Below are positions 45,866 through 56,865 of a stretch of DNA of 64,000 nucleotides, in pieces. The notes below the pieces were generated by a model. The model worked only from the letters and a program-made list of their open reading frames with translations. It made no database searches and was not told the origin of the DNA. Origin of the DNA: a virus (lineage: Duplodnaviria; Caudoviricetes); the IMG/VR virus record IMGVR_UViG_3300021431_000096, positions 29,360 through 93,359 of that record; one strand, written 5' to 3'. Numbering within the stretch: position 1 is the first letter of the stretch; every line of letters begins with the position of its first letter. The translations under genes were made by a program, and so were the position numbers.

Positions 45866-48800
45866 ATGGCAAGAGGAGATACGGCACAAGCCAAAATCAA
45901 CGTGACTACCAACGCACAGGCGGCCAAGAACGACATTGAGGACATCAATAATCTGCTAAAGAAACTTCAGAAGACAAAACAGATGATGATGAAGGAAGGT
46001 CTGCACCTGACTGTCGACGGCAAGGAGACCGCGACCTTCAAGAAACTGAACCGCGACATCAAGGATGCCCAGCAGTCGCTCAAGCGTATGGTAGATTCGC
46101 AGACGCTGATGAACAAGACGATGGATAACCTGAAGGATATCCGTCTGAAAGAACTGAAGCGCCGCTACCGTGAACTGACCAAGGAACTCGGCAACTTCAC
46201 AGGTCGCGAGAAGCAGGCATCGAAGCAGTGGCGCGACAACCTTGAGAAGATCAAGGCGCAGATTTCTGCCATCGAGGGTGCGGGCAAAGGTGCGTCGAAG
46301 AGTTTTATGTCTTTTGGCGGCTCTTTAAAGACCACGATGAAGAACCTCGTGGCCTATGCGGGCGTGTTTGCCATGTTCAATCGAACCAAAGAAAAACTGT
46401 CGGAAATCGTAAAGCTCAACAAAGAATTTAGCGATCAACTTGCGAATATCCGTAAGGTCAGCAATTTGCCGATGGATTCCATCAACGCACTGGCCACAAA
46501 CCTTGCAAAGATTGATACCCGCTCCAGTGTGCAACAGCTGAACGAACTGGCCTATACAGGTGCAAAACTTGGCTTCGGAACTCTTGGAACCGATGCGCTT
46601 GAGGGATTTGTAAAAAGTGCCGTGGTCGTTCAAAATGCACTCTCAGAAGATATGGGGGCAGATGCCATGACCGCCCTGTCGAAGATGGTGGAGGTGATGG
46701 GACTGATACCGAAACTCGGTGTCGAGAAAGCCATGAACTCCGTCGGCTCGGCTATCTTCAAACTTGCATCCACCTCTACCGCCACGGGTACGAACATCGT
46801 GGAGTTCTCAAAACGACTGATGGGACTTGCTAATCAGGCGGGAATTACCGCTGACGAGCTGTTGGCCATTGGCTCCGCCGCCGACTCAATGGCTTTGATG
46901 CCCGAGGTGGCAGCTACAGCCTTCAATAAGTTGATTACCTCCGTACAGAAGCAGCCCAACCTGATAGAGAATGCACTCCATATTGAGCCAGGCACTATCA
47001 GTCAGATGTATCAGGCAGGCAAGATGACCGATGCGCTGGTGCTGATATTCGACAAGATGCGTGAGAAAGGCGGCATGAATGCTCTGATGCAGTCTGGTGT
47101 GTTCAAAGACCTCGGTTCCGACGGTGCCCGACTGGTGGCTGTGATGGCCACGATGTCAAACCGTGTGGATATGCTGAAAGAGCACCTTGAGACTGCCCGC
47201 GACGCTTTTGCCGAGGGAACAGCGGTAGGTCAGGAATACGCTATCCAGATGGAGACAGCCGAAGCCTACTCTGAGCGAGCCGCTAACATGTGGACCAAGG
47301 CGTTTGTCAACCCCGAGGGTGTCAATGTCGTCAAATCGCTTACAAAGGCGTGGTATGATATGACCGTACAGCTCACGCAGTCTGAGTCGGTGATGACCTC
47401 CGCCAAATTCCTGCTCGAAGGACTTGTTAGTGTCCTCAAGGTATTTATATCCATTCTGCCAGGACTGCTGACAAGCCTTGCAGCCTTCAGTGGTATCAAG
47501 GGACTGATGATGCTCTACAATTCGCTGTTCGCTGTCGAAGGAATGACTATCCGCACCATGCTGTCGCTCAGAGGTCTCGGACTGATGATGAAGACCAACT
47601 GGGTAGGTTGGGTGGTTACGGCCATCGGTGTACTGGGACAGTTCGTATTCTCCCTTGCAGCAGCCAAGGACAAGATGGACGAGGCGCGGGGGGCTATGCC
47701 TGGATTCAAGCGCGACCTCGGCGACCTGAATGTGGCCTTCGGTGCTGCGGCATCCGAAGCAGGCAGATTCCGTGATGCTATCCTCGCAGCTGAGAAAGGC
47801 ACTAAGGAGCGTGCAGCAGCCATCCGTAACTTTAAGCAGCAGTACGGTCAGTACCTCTCACAGATGATAACCGAGGAGAGCAGTGCCTATGCCATTGCCA
47901 AAGCCTATAACGAGGTGACGAAAGCCCTGCGTGCAAAGATTGCCCTCCAGATGAAGGAAGAGGACATCAGCAATCAGGTGGCACCCCGTGAGGGATGGGC
48001 AGCACAGCGCCGCGAGGAATACAACAAATACATGGGGCAGAGCCAATATAACGGCGCATGGCTGACGGGCGTTGTCAACGATGCACTTGCCAAGGGTACA
48101 TCTATCAAAGACCTCGCCAAGCAGCTTAACGCAAAAGCCTTCCACCTGTCCGACGAGATAGTGGAGAATGCCTTGAAACAGAGTGCCAGCGGCACCTATA
48201 AAGATATAAAAGGTGTAACCACAGAGAATGGTGATATCTTCCGTCAGCTTAACGGTCAGAATTTGTGGCGTGCTCTCCGCTATGCCACCCAGTCGTATTC
48301 TGCCAATACGGCTCTAAACCGCGTGAATGAAAAATGGAAGCCCGAGCAAGACTTGATTAATGAGACCCTCGCCAAGCAAGGTGAGAAAGAAGTGATGGAT
48401 CCGCTACTCGATGCTCCTGATAAAGCGGCTGAGCGTGCTGCACGCAAGGCGGCGCAAGATCACAAGCAGGCGATTCGCAAGGACTTGCAGGACGCGAAGC
48501 AGGAGTCGGATGCCATCATCGCGAAGATTGAGGAGTGGTACCGGCTGCAGGAGACGGTGGTGACGGGATTCGCCGCCGACGGGAAGTGGACGCAGCAGCA
48601 GGCGGAGATGGTGAACCGCGAACTGGAGGCCGCGAAGAACGAGGCGCTGGCCAACGCCCGACTGGCTATCAGTGGGCGCGACACCCAGACGTGGGAGCAG
48701 ACCAAGGAGAGCCTGCGCGTGATGATGTTCGACACGGGCGAGTGGTCGCAAGAGCTCTTCCAGCAGATATTGGACGTTTCGATGTCCGCCATCAGCAACA

Positions 48801-50830
48801 AACTCGCAAAGATCGACGCAGCTGGCGGCAAGTACGGCATCACCACCTCGTCGCTGAAGGACGGACTCGACAAGAACGCCGCCGGCAACCGCCGCAAGGT
48901 GCAGGAAATCCGCAACAAGACCGCCAAGGAGGTGGAGAAGATGCTGAAGCAGTACGACTTCTTGCAGCAGGCGATGGACGCTTTCGACAACCGCCTCGCC
49001 CAGTTGGGGCTGCTTACTGACAGTGCCGTGGCCGCTGCCAACCGCATCCGTCAGGCTACGGAGAACCCGGACGAGGCACTGAAGGCTGGCTATCAGGCAC
49101 CGCCAACCGCAGAGCAGGTACAGCAGCAGCGCCGACAGGGACTGGAGACCGCCGCCACCAGGTTTATCGCCGGAGGTGGCAAGTCGATGGCCGTGAACTA
49201 CAACGACAGCAAGGAACTCAACGACTGGCTGCGCGAACTGACCAATGCCACCGTCAGCATGGGTGCCAACGGCATGGAGTTTAAGTTTGAATCGTGGGCA
49301 GATGCCTTCAAAGAGGATTTCGACAAGTGGTTGCACAATACTGAGAAATACAAGTCGGAGATTCAGGCATTCTATCTCTCGCTCGTTCAGGCCAGCGACG
49401 ACTACACCGAGGCCACGAAGAAAGCCTATGAACGCGAAAAGAAACTGCAAGACCAGCGATTCCAGTTGGCTGGCTACCGTGATCAGGAAGAGCAGACCGA
49501 CAAGTCGTTGGAGCGTCAAGGTATCTTAAAGGATGCGGGTATCGGGCAGACTATTCCTGAACAACTCGGACTTGATAAGATTGCCGACGATCCTGAAATC
49601 CTGCGCATACAAAACCGCATCCATTGGCGAAAGGTGGAATACGATGATGCCAAACGTAATCTCGAAGCACAGATGGAACTCGACCGTCTGCGCATAGAGG
49701 AAATGCAGCGCAACGGAGCCACTGAGCAGGAGATAGAAGATGCCAAGATGACGCTGAAGCAACAGCGGTCAGGACTGGAGGAACTGATGAAAGAGCGCGA
49801 GACGGCGCTTATCAACGAGACCTACAATCTGACATCTCAGGTAGCCCAGCAGATGCAGAAGCGCGTAGATTCCATCAAGAACTTCGTCAAGCCCGTCACC
49901 GACTTCACGCAGGCCGCAGGTCGCAAGATTGGCGACATGATATTCAACATGAAGAGTGAAGAAGCCACTTGGGAAGAGTTGTGGAAGAATATGGCTCTGG
50001 CCGTGGGCGAGGCCATGATTGAGATGGGTGCGCAGTATCTGCAGAATCTGATTATGCAGCAGAGTATCAACCGTGCCAGCGAGGCTGAGGAAGCCGCACA
50101 TGTCGCTACGGAGATTCCAATGGGTATTGCCGCTGGTTCGGCCAAGACCATCGGACAGCTCGGTTGGTGGGGTATTCCGCTTGTGGCTGTTATCAGTGCC
50201 TTGCTCATGGGATTGCTCCAAGCGGCTCTATCCACAAATCGTAATAACAATTCTGCCACTGCTGCGAAACCGAAAGTGAAGCTGGCGAGCGGCATGCTGA
50301 CTTACGATGAAGGAAACGTGCAGACGGTCGTGGGCGATGACGGACGGGTGTATCGGGCTCGCGAGCAGCGGTCGTTGCCGGAGGGTGTGTCGATGGTGAC
50401 GGAGCCGATTGCGACGCGGGTGAACGGTCAGCAGGCGCTCGTCGGTGAGCGCGGGCCTGAGATTGTGATCGGGCGCAAGACGACAAGGGCCATTCAGATG
50501 AACCGTCCCGATTTGTTGCGAGACCTGGCGCTGATAGACCGTGGCATCACGACGCGCAAGGTGCGGACGTTCGACGAGGGTAACATCAGTGACATGGCGA
50601 CGGCCTTTGCGGGGCAGTTGCCTGCGCCGCAGCAAGGGCAGCAGGGCAGCGAGGACAGCCCCGAGATGCGCCAGACGCTCGACTCGCTGTCGCAGACCGT
50701 CGCCGCCCTCTCGGCCACCGTCCTGCAGTTGCAGAAGAACGGCATCCCCGCGAAGATTCAGAAGTACGGCACCGGCGGGCTCATCGACGAGGTGCAGTCG
50801 GGGCTGAAGTTCGTCAGCAAGTATAAGTAA
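45866..50830 (+). CDS. Tail tape measure protein (TP901-family core)
   Basis: 1654 aa, helical; FSDQLANIRKV...IDTRSS...GAKLG; C-terminal LVGERGPEIVI. Confidence 0.9.
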   Translation: MARGDTAQAKINVTTNAQAAKNDIEDINNLLKKLQKTKQMMMKEGLHLTVDGKETATFKKLNRDIKDAQQSLKRMVDSQTLMNKTMDNLKDIRLKELKRRYRELTKELGNFTGREKQASKQWRDNLEKIKAQISAIEGAGKGASKSFMSFGGSLKTTMKNLVAYAGVFAMFNRTKEKLSEIVKLNKEFSDQLANIRKVSNLPMDSINALATNLAKIDTRSSVQQLNELAYTGAKLGFGTLGTDALEGFVKSAVVVQNALSEDMGADAMTALSKMVEVMGLIPKLGVEKAMNSVGSAIFKLASTSTATGTNIVEFSKRLMGLANQAGITADELLAIGSAADSMALMPEVAATAFNKLITSVQKQPNLIENALHIEPGTISQMYQAGKMTDALVLIFDKMREKGGMNALMQSGVFKDLGSDGARLVAVMATMSNRVDMLKEHLETARDAFAEGTAVGQEYAIQMETAEAYSERAANMWTKAFVNPEGVNVVKSLTKAWYDMTVQLTQSESVMTSAKFLLEGLVSVLKVFISILPGLLTSLAAFSGIKGLMMLYNSLFAVEGMTIRTMLSLRGLGLMMKTNWVGWVVTAIGVLGQFVFSLAAAKDKMDEARGAMPGFKRDLGDLNVAFGAAASEAGRFRDAILAAEKGTKERAAAIRNFKQQYGQYLSQMITEESSAYAIAKAYNEVTKALRAKIALQMKEEDISNQVAPREGWAAQRREEYNKYMGQSQYNGAWLTGVVNDALAKGTSIKDLAKQLNAKAFHLSDEIVENALKQSASGTYKDIKGVTTENGDIFRQLNGQNLWRALRYATQSYSANTALNRVNEKWKPEQDLINETLAKQGEKEVMDPLLDAPDKAAERAARKAAQDHKQAIRKDLQDAKQESDAIIAKIEEWYRLQETVVTGFAADGKWTQQQAEMVNRELEAAKNEALANARLAISGRDTQTWEQTKESLRVMMFDTGEWSQELFQQILDVSMSAISNKLAKIDAAGGKYGITTSSLKDGLDKNAAGNRRKVQEIRNKTAKEVEKMLKQYDFLQQAMDAFDNRLAQLGLLTDSAVAAANRIRQATENPDEALKAGYQAPPTAEQVQQQRRQGLETAATRFIAGGGKSMAVNYNDSKELNDWLRELTNATVSMGANGMEFKFESWADAFKEDFDKWLHNTEKYKSEIQAFYLSLVQASDDYTEATKKAYEREKKLQDQRFQLAGYRDQEEQTDKSLERQGILKDAGIGQTIPEQLGLDKIADDPEILRIQNRIHWRKVEYDDAKRNLEAQMELDRLRIEEMQRNGATEQEIEDAKMTLKQQRSGLEELMKERETALINETYNLTSQVAQQMQKRVDSIKNFVKPVTDFTQAAGRKIGDMIFNMKSEEATWEELWKNMALAVGEAMIEMGAQYLQNLIMQQSINRASEAEEAAHVATEIPMGIAAGSAKTIGQLGWWGIPLVAVISALLMGLLQAALSTNRNNNSATAAKPKVKLASGMLTYDEGNVQTVVGDDGRVYRAREQRSLPEGVSMVTEPIATRVNGQQALVGERGPEIVIGRKTTRAIQMNRPDLLRDLALIDRGITTRKVRTFDEGNISDMATAFAGQLPAPQQGQQGSEDSPEMRQTLDSLSQTVAALSATVLQLQKNGIPAKIQKYGTGGLIDEVQSGLKFVSKYK

Positions 50831-50876
50831 GGCGGCTATATAATATATATAAAGGTATAAAGAGAAAGGGTGGCGA

Positions 50877-51467
50877 CTAATTGTCTCCACCCTTTTTCAG
50901 TAGCGGCTCCACCTCGCTCCAAGGCGCCAGTTCCATATCGTTGGTCTCGGGGTCGAACCACCCCACGGCGATGAGTTTGGCGGCGGCGTCGGTGGTGTCC
51001 TGGACGATGAAGAACTCGAAGGGTTCGACCTTCGGCGGTTCAATGTCGCTCTCGGCTACTTGTTGGCGGGCGGCAAGGCGGATGCGCTCGATGTCGGCTC
51101 TCGACAAATGCGCTTGTTCAGACCCCCTCTGGCTCCCCCTAACTTCGGGGGAGAAGCCTGCGGCGGCTTTGCGCACGGCGGCGAGTTCTTCTTTGAGAAA
51201 GTGGGCGTTCCATGCCTCCTGCGCCTGCTGGTAGTAGAGCCACTGATAGACGTTGGTGACGAAGTTGACCCAACTCTCGGCATCCTTCATCATCAGCACA
51301 GCCAACGACTGACTGATGAAAAGTCGGCGCTGTTTCTGGTCCCAGACGAGCAAGCCCGACTGTTCGAGGCGGTCGAGGGTGGAGAACGTGCTGCTGAACT
51401 GTTTCAGTTCCTTCAGCTTCTTGCGCTGCTCGCGGCGCTTCTTTGAAAAATACGTGAAAATGCTCAT
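50877..51467 (-). CDS. Hypothetical protein
   Basis: ORF; contains a short REP-like insertion (SPEVRGSQRGSE). Confidence 0.6.
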   Translation of the reverse strand: MSIFTYFSKKRREQRKKLKELKQFSSTFSTLDRLEQSGLLVWDQKQRRLFISQSLAVLMMKDAESWVNFVTNVYQWLYYQQAQEAWNAHFLKEELAAVRKAAAGFSPEVRGSQRGSEQAHLSRADIERIRLAARQQVAESDIEPPKVEPFEFFIVQDTTDAAAKLIAVGWFDPETNDMELAPWSEVEPLLKKGGDN

Positions 51468-51588
51468 AAATCTGTTGTTTTTAAGTGCCCTGTGGGCAAA
51501 AATTATTCTTAGAATTATGTTCTTATAATTATTCTGATGAATTTTAACTTTTTAATTTTAAGATAAATTTTTCGCGTCAGCGACTTCC

Positions 51589-52740
51589 TTACTTATGCTT
51601 CCTTCGGATCTTCTCCATCTCCTCCGCTTCTACCGCCATGTCGTTCAGGTGGCGCAGGATGGCGTGGGCGGTCTGGCTGTTGATCTCATCCTCGGTCAGT
51701 CCGCCGAGGTATTTCTGTAAAGTGGCCATCGAGCGAGTGTAGAGTTCGATGGGCAGCGGTGTCGATTTCGAGCGGCTGCGCGGCTTCTTGTCGGAGGACT
51801 TGAAGCACTTCGGATATTGTTCTTTCAGGTACTGCATCATGCTCGACCACCAGAACATGATGACCTGCCATTCAACCTCCGAGATGCGGGCGAGGCGGAT
51901 GCGCCACTTCGGACAGCCGAACACCAGCGACAGCACCGTCTGTCGGATATCGCGCTCCTGACTGGCAAGTGTCACAATGGGGTCTGGCATTTGCTGTGAT
52001 GTCGCAGATGTCACAGAAGTGCCTGACCCCAGTGTGATGAGCCGACCGCAGATGCGACCGAACCGCGACCGCTTTCCGACATTCGGTCGTGGTTTCTCCC
52101 GCTCCGCCACCAGCGCATTCGCCGTGTTCGTGTACGCCTCCATCCAGTCGTTGATCCAGCGGTAGGTCTGCCACGTCATGCCGTCCATCAGTTCGCCTGG
52201 CGCATAGTAGTCGCGCTTCCACAGCGGCCACCAGCGGCGCAGTCTCGTCGGGTACGGCCACATCAGTTTCGGCATCGGCAGCGCACGGCCCTTGCCGTCG
52301 GTCGCGTCGAGCCACGCCAGCTGCTCCATGAACGAATGCACCTGCCAGGTCTGCAACTCGAACGTCTCCTTGCCGAGCGACGGGTGGCGGCAGACGAAGG
52401 ACACTGTGGGGACTGTCCCCTCTGTGCTATCTGTGATGGCACTACGGGGACTGTCCCTATCTGTGTCCTTGTCGCTCGGCGACATCATCACACTGGGGTC
52501 AGACCCCGCTGATACCGTCGAAGATAGCACATCAGGGTCAGACCCCATTGTGACGATTTCCACTCCGCTGAAGCGGAAGAACAGCCGCGTCTTGATTTCG
52601 GTCCAGTCGAAGGGATGGAACCGCGACAGGCTGGCCATCATCTGACTGCGGATCATCTCCTCGGCAATCATCTCCAGCTCCCGTGTCGAGCACTGCGCCC
52701 AACCCTTCGGCACTTTCAAGTCTAAATGAATCAGTTTCAT
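51589..52740 (-). CDS. Hypothetical late protein (possible tail assembly chaperone)
   Basis: VPKGWAQC start, own GTCCCA promoter, palindromic in-frame insertions. Confidence 0.55.
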   Translation of the reverse strand: MKLIHLDLKVPKGWAQCSTRELEMIAEEMIRSQMMASLSRFHPFDWTEIKTRLFFRFSGVEIVTMGSDPDVLSSTVSAGSDPSVMMSPSDKDTDRDSPRSAITDSTEGTVPTVSFVCRHPSLGKETFELQTWQVHSFMEQLAWLDATDGKGRALPMPKLMWPYPTRLRRWWPLWKRDYYAPGELMDGMTWQTYRWINDWMEAYTNTANALVAEREKPRPNVGKRSRFGRICGRLITLGSGTSVTSATSQQMPDPIVTLASQERDIRQTVLSLVFGCPKWRIRLARISEVEWQVIMFWWSSMMQYLKEQYPKCFKSSDKKPRSRSKSTPLPIELYTRSMATLQKYLGGLTEDEINSQTAHAILRHLNDMAVEAEEMEKIRRKHK

Positions 52741-52757
52741 ATCGCCTTTGTTTTCCG

Positions 52758-52791
52758 CAAAGGTAATACCGACCTTTCGACGAAATGGGAC
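52758..52791 (-). promoter_or_regulatory. Phage-type promoter GTCCCA-N20-TACCTTTG
   Basis: CAAAGGTA 52758-52765, TGGGAC 52786-52791. Confidence 0.75.
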
Positions 52792-52861
52792 TATCTTGAC
52801 AGATAATCGTTAAATTTATAAAATAAAAAGCCACATCCTTGCACATCCAAAATATTCTTCT

Positions 52862-52992
52862 TATCTTTGCACCGTTCAAATAATTACATAATGTATAATC
52901 AGAAATACAAGACTGCACCGTGCGGGGTATGGGACAACCACCCCAAGGTTGTTGCATTATGCGACCTGAACAGCGCGTAGTGCAGTCTTTTG
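52862..52992 (+). ncRNA. CI/c4-like regulatory RNA leader 2
   Basis: TATCTTTG promoter; GTTCA..CATAATG 52874-52893 complementary to CATTATG..TGAAC 52955-52971; stem GACTGCAC/GTGCAGTC followed by a T-tract. Confidence 0.6.
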
Positions 52993-53002
52993 TTTTTGAA
53001 GT

Positions 53003-54337
53003 ATGGCAAAAAGAAAACTTTTCTCAGACGATGACCTTGCCAAGATTGCGTCAGGGTATGATGACTTGTGCGAGTTCCGCAAGAATGAGCCGTCGGCTTA
53101 CGTTGTAATTCATCGGCGCGGGCTATTTGATAAGCTCTGCGGACACATGACCCGTCGCGTCCGCAGGCTGTCTGACGACGAATTGGCAGAGATTGCAAGT
53201 GGCTACGATTATAAGAAGGATTTTCTTCATGGCGACATGGCCGCATATAACACGGCAAAGTCACGCGGCATATTTGAGAAGATTTGTGCCCACATGAAAG
53301 AATACCGAACTCCTTCAGGATATTGGATTAAGGAAAGATGTCACAAAGAAGCATTGAAATATGATAGTCGCATGGGGTTTTGTAATGGCAACCCTGGTGC
53401 ATACGGCGCAGCTCAGTCCCACGGATGGCTCGACGAGGTATGCAGCCACATGAAACCGCAGGGTAACTGGACGAAGCGTAAAATCTATGTGTTCACTTTC
53501 TCCGACGGCTATGCCTATGTCGGATTGACCAATAATATCAAGAGCCGTCTCTCGCAGCACCTCTCCAAGAAGAAACGGTCGCCAGTATGTAAGCACATTC
53601 AAGAGACGGGGGCATCGTTCGAGTTCAAAATCCTTACTGATGAATGGATTGACATGGATGTGGCAGGCAGAGTGGAAGATCAATACATCAGCCAATATGC
53701 AGACGACGGTTGGAAGATGCTCAATAAGAGAGGTGGCGGCCTTGGCAGTCCAAAGCACACCTACTACACCCCAAACCGTCTGCGACGCGAGGTGTCAAAA
53801 TATGAATACTTGCATGATTTCCGCGAGAAATCTCCACAATATTACAGTTACATGCTTGCTCACGGGCTAATTGATGAATATTGCTGTGGGTTGAAGCGCG
53901 ACTTGAAACCGCAAGGATTTTGGACGCTTGAACGTGCGATTGCCGTTGTGCCTGAGTGTAAGTCGCGCCGCGAGCTTGCGTCAAAATACTATCAGGCTTA
54001 TGTCTTAATCAAAGATGCTGGTCTGCTGACAAAGTATTATCCCAACAAGGTAGTATCGAAGAAAAAGATTTGGACCTTGGAGAAGAGCCTTGAAGTAATA
54101 CCTCTTTGTAAATCTCGCAAGGAGTTGCAGAAGAAGTATAGCAAGGCTTACGATACCCTACTGAAGGCTGGAAGGCTTGATGAGTTTTACCCTTTGAAAT
54201 GCAAAAAATACACCGACGAGGAGAAGGCAGCGGCTATTGCTGAGTGCAAGTCCCGCACGGAGTTACATGACCGCTATCCTGCCGTCTATAAGTGGCTGCT
54301 CCGTGAGGGACGTATGGACGAGTTCTTCCCTAAGTAA
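53003..54337 (+). CDS. Free-standing GIY-YIG homing-type endonuclease with helical repeats
   Basis: KIYVFTFSDGYAYVGLT..R..QH...E...LN; flanking W/Y-TxE...C.SR.EL repeats; abuts the terminase stop. Confidence 0.8.
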   Translation: MAKRKLFSDDDLAKIASGYDDLCEFRKNEPSAYVVIHRRGLFDKLCGHMTRRVRRLSDDELAEIASGYDYKKDFLHGDMAAYNTAKSRGIFEKICAHMKEYRTPSGYWIKERCHKEALKYDSRMGFCNGNPGAYGAAQSHGWLDEVCSHMKPQGNWTKRKIYVFTFSDGYAYVGLTNNIKSRLSQHLSKKKRSPVCKHIQETGASFEFKILTDEWIDMDVAGRVEDQYISQYADDGWKMLNKRGGGLGSPKHTYYTPNRLRREVSKYEYLHDFREKSPQYYSYMLAHGLIDEYCCGLKRDLKPQGFWTLERAIAVVPECKSRRELASKYYQAYVLIKDAGLLTKYYPNKVVSKKKIWTLEKSLEVIPLCKSRKELQKKYSKAYDTLLKAGRLDEFYPLKCKKYTDEEKAAAIAECKSRTELHDRYPAVYKWLLREGRMDEFFPK

Positions 54338-54338
54338 C

Positions 54339-56336
54339 CTACCGCCCGTTGGGCGTCATCAGCAACGAATAGCCCTGGCGGAAGTGCTTCACGCCCATGT
54401 AGAGCTCGTCGAAGGCGTCGGTTCCGTCGGTACGGAGTTCCTCTGGTGTCGCGTCCTGAGCATCTACTGAAAGTTTCTCACCCGACTTATCCTTCTTGAA
54501 CGTCGTGCCGTTGTGACCATACGACAGCTTCACGTCGCAGTTCTCGATGGCGGCGATCAACGGCTCACAATTCTGCTTGTTCAGTGCGATGGCAGGATAG
54601 CCGAAGCCCGCGAAAGCCTCGTTGATGTCCTTGTATTTCTGCATGTGGCTCGGCGCCTGCTGCATATCCACGGGGCGCACCTCGATGTGGTATTTCTGCA
54701 GTTCCTGAATCACCGTGTCCTTGATGTCGAGCATCGAGATACCGTGCAGTTTGAACTTTGCCGTGTGCGAATAGTAGTAGTTCACCTTGCGGTTCTTCTT
54801 GAAGTGCGGCTCGTAGTAGTGGTAGAAGTTGCGTATCAGGTCCTGAATCATCTCGCCGTTCTTCACGAACATCGCATTGATCACGTTCAAGGTCTCAACG
54901 CCGTTGCGCTTATACACCTGTCCAATGCAGACCCAGTTTATCAGGTTATTGTAGTCCAGCGCTATCTCCAGGTCGAGGTCGTCTCTCAGGTCGCCGTCGA
55001 GCGTGCAGTCCTTGATGCCGCTCAGATAGTCGAAGTCAGGCGACTCATATTCCGTCGGGTAGGCCGTGCCGCCCACCAGCTGCTTGCCCTGCTTAATTTT
55101 ATACGAGTCGTTGATGGCGGGGCAGTCGTCGTCGATGTAGGTATGCACGTCTGGGTCGAAGTTGCAGTAGAATCCCTCGCCTGTCTTCTTGAGTTTGATG
55201 TTGAGTACACTTGTGGCAAACACGAGCGGCGGCAGCGAGAGCTTCATCTGCTTGATGTACGACTCGCCAAGGATGTCGATATTGTCGAGCGACGATGCCC
55301 GCACGAAGTAGAACGAGTTGCAGCGCAGGTCGTTGATGTGCCTCTGGTATTTCTTCGACCCACGGATGGCCATCATCTCGAAGTGCTCATCCTGCGTGAT
55401 GAGATATTTATAGTCGAACAGCAGTTCCGCGTCCTGCTCGTCGATGAGCTTATAGGATATCAGCCGCTCGATGGTGCCCTTGGTATCTACGGAGTATTGT
55501 CGCGGTATGATTCTGAACCCTCCCTCGCGGGCTTCGACGGCGGCGGCGATGCTGCGGATGCGCTCCTTCGTGTCAGCCGACACCACCTGCACCCTGTGAC
55601 CGCCCCGCTTGGCGTCGCGCAACAGTTCGTTGAAGTACATCACGCGGTCGGCATACTGGTCGAGTTCCTGCTGCACCTGCCGGTACGACATGCCGTCGCA
55701 AGGCCCGTCTTCAATCACCGTGTCCATCAGGTCTTCTTCCTTGGCCAGCCAGTTGCCCTTATTGCTAAGACTCGCGTCGCTGCAGAAGAAAGTCGATTTG
55801 TAGAACGGATTGCTGTCGCCGAAGCCAGGATGCCCCATCGGATGCACGATACCTGAGAGTGCGGGCATTACTTCCTCGTCGATCTTCTTTTTCGGCAGGA
55901 ACTTGCACTCGTCGGCGATGATGTAGTTCAGCGTCATGCCGTTCACGGAGCCGAGCACTGCCAGCGAGGCCGACGCCATCAGCGCCCCATTGGCAAACCA
56001 CATATAGTTGTCGTAGCTCTTCGGACGGATGATGCACTTCGGGATGCTCTTTGGCGGCTTGCCCCATCCGAAATGCACGCCCTCCTGAAACTTGAAGAAT
56101 CGCTCCATTGCGGCAATCACGCCGGGGATGGTGCGCGAGAACAGCTGCTTGCGCGACGAACCGAGAAATACGCCCATGCCCTGCGGCATACTGTTGTTGG
56201 TGGACCAAACTCGCGGACCGATACCGCCGTCTGTCTTGCCCGTTCGACGTGCCCAGAGCAGGCGCATGTGGCGGGCCATCGCATAGAACACCCGCTGTTG
56301 CACCTTATGCAAATATACGTCTCTCGTCTCTGCCAT
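54339..56336 (-). CDS. terL: Terminase large subunit
   Basis: ARRTGKT Walker A, IIADECK Walker B, IALDYN nuclease strand, TDGTDAFD C-terminal acidic motif. Confidence 0.85.
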   Translation of the reverse strand: MAETRDVYLHKVQQRVFYAMARHMRLLWARRTGKTDGGIGPRVWSTNNSMPQGMGVFLGSSRKQLFSRTIPGVIAAMERFFKFQEGVHFGWGKPPKSIPKCIIRPKSYDNYMWFANGALMASASLAVLGSVNGMTLNYIIADECKFLPKKKIDEEVMPALSGIVHPMGHPGFGDSNPFYKSTFFCSDASLSNKGNWLAKEEDLMDTVIEDGPCDGMSYRQVQQELDQYADRVMYFNELLRDAKRGGHRVQVVSADTKERIRSIAAAVEAREGGFRIIPRQYSVDTKGTIERLISYKLIDEQDAELLFDYKYLITQDEHFEMMAIRGSKKYQRHINDLRCNSFYFVRASSLDNIDILGESYIKQMKLSLPPLVFATSVLNIKLKKTGEGFYCNFDPDVHTYIDDDCPAINDSYKIKQGKQLVGGTAYPTEYESPDFDYLSGIKDCTLDGDLRDDLDLEIALDYNNLINWVCIGQVYKRNGVETLNVINAMFVKNGEMIQDLIRNFYHYYEPHFKKNRKVNYYYSHTAKFKLHGISMLDIKDTVIQELQKYHIEVRPVDMQQAPSHMQKYKDINEAFAGFGYPAIALNKQNCEPLIAAIENCDVKLSYGHNGTTFKKDKSGEKLSVDAQDATPEELRTDGTDAFDELYMGVKHFRQGYSLLMTPNGR

Positions 56337-56380
56337 AATAATATGTTAGTCTGTTACTGTGTCTTTATCTGTTCTTCTGC

Positions 56381-56734
56381 CTAAGCCTTCCTGATGGCGA
56401 AGATGCAGGGCTTGCCCGTCACGCTGACCTGCATACGGAATCCTTTCATCTTCAGGTCGTCGATATACAGTTTCAGCGGGTCGCCCAGTCCGCACACGTA
56501 TGCCTTGAAGTAAGAGCGCAGCCGTGCGTCGTCGAACGTCTCCACATACTCGCTCGTATCGTCCATCCCCTGCGGTGCGGGAGCGTAGGTACTGATGAAA
56601 GCCGACACCTTCTCGTCGATCTTGAAGTCCGAGAGGCTCACCTTCGCCACCTCCACCTCCGGCTGCAGGTCGCTCACGTCGGGCGCATCCTCCCAGTCGT
56701 CCCAGTCCTGCTGTTTCTTTTTCTTTTTTGTCAT
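56381..56734 (-). CDS. Hypothetical protein
   Basis: ORF in the packaging operon. Confidence 0.6.
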   Translation of the reverse strand: MTKKKKKQQDWDDWEDAPDVSDLQPEVEVAKVSLSDFKIDEKVSAFISTYAPAPQGMDDTSEYVETFDDARLRSYFKAYVCGLGDPLKLYIDDLKMKGFRMQVSVTGKPCIFAIRKA

Positions 56735-56865
56735 AATATCCCTGCTTTATAGCCGCCCCTTATCAAGGGGCTCAAAATATTTTTCTTTTTTCTGCCCATA
56801 AGAAAATCCGTTTAATCCGTGAAATCCGTGTTCAAAAAAACTCTGTATCTCTGTGTCTCTGTGTT

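Noticed and set aside
1372-55856. Long antisense ORFs (1372..2580-, 2923..4320-, 6442..7797-, 48404..49519-, 54513..55856+)
   Set aside because: Shadow frames of high-GC3 genes, with no promoter, leader or protein motif support
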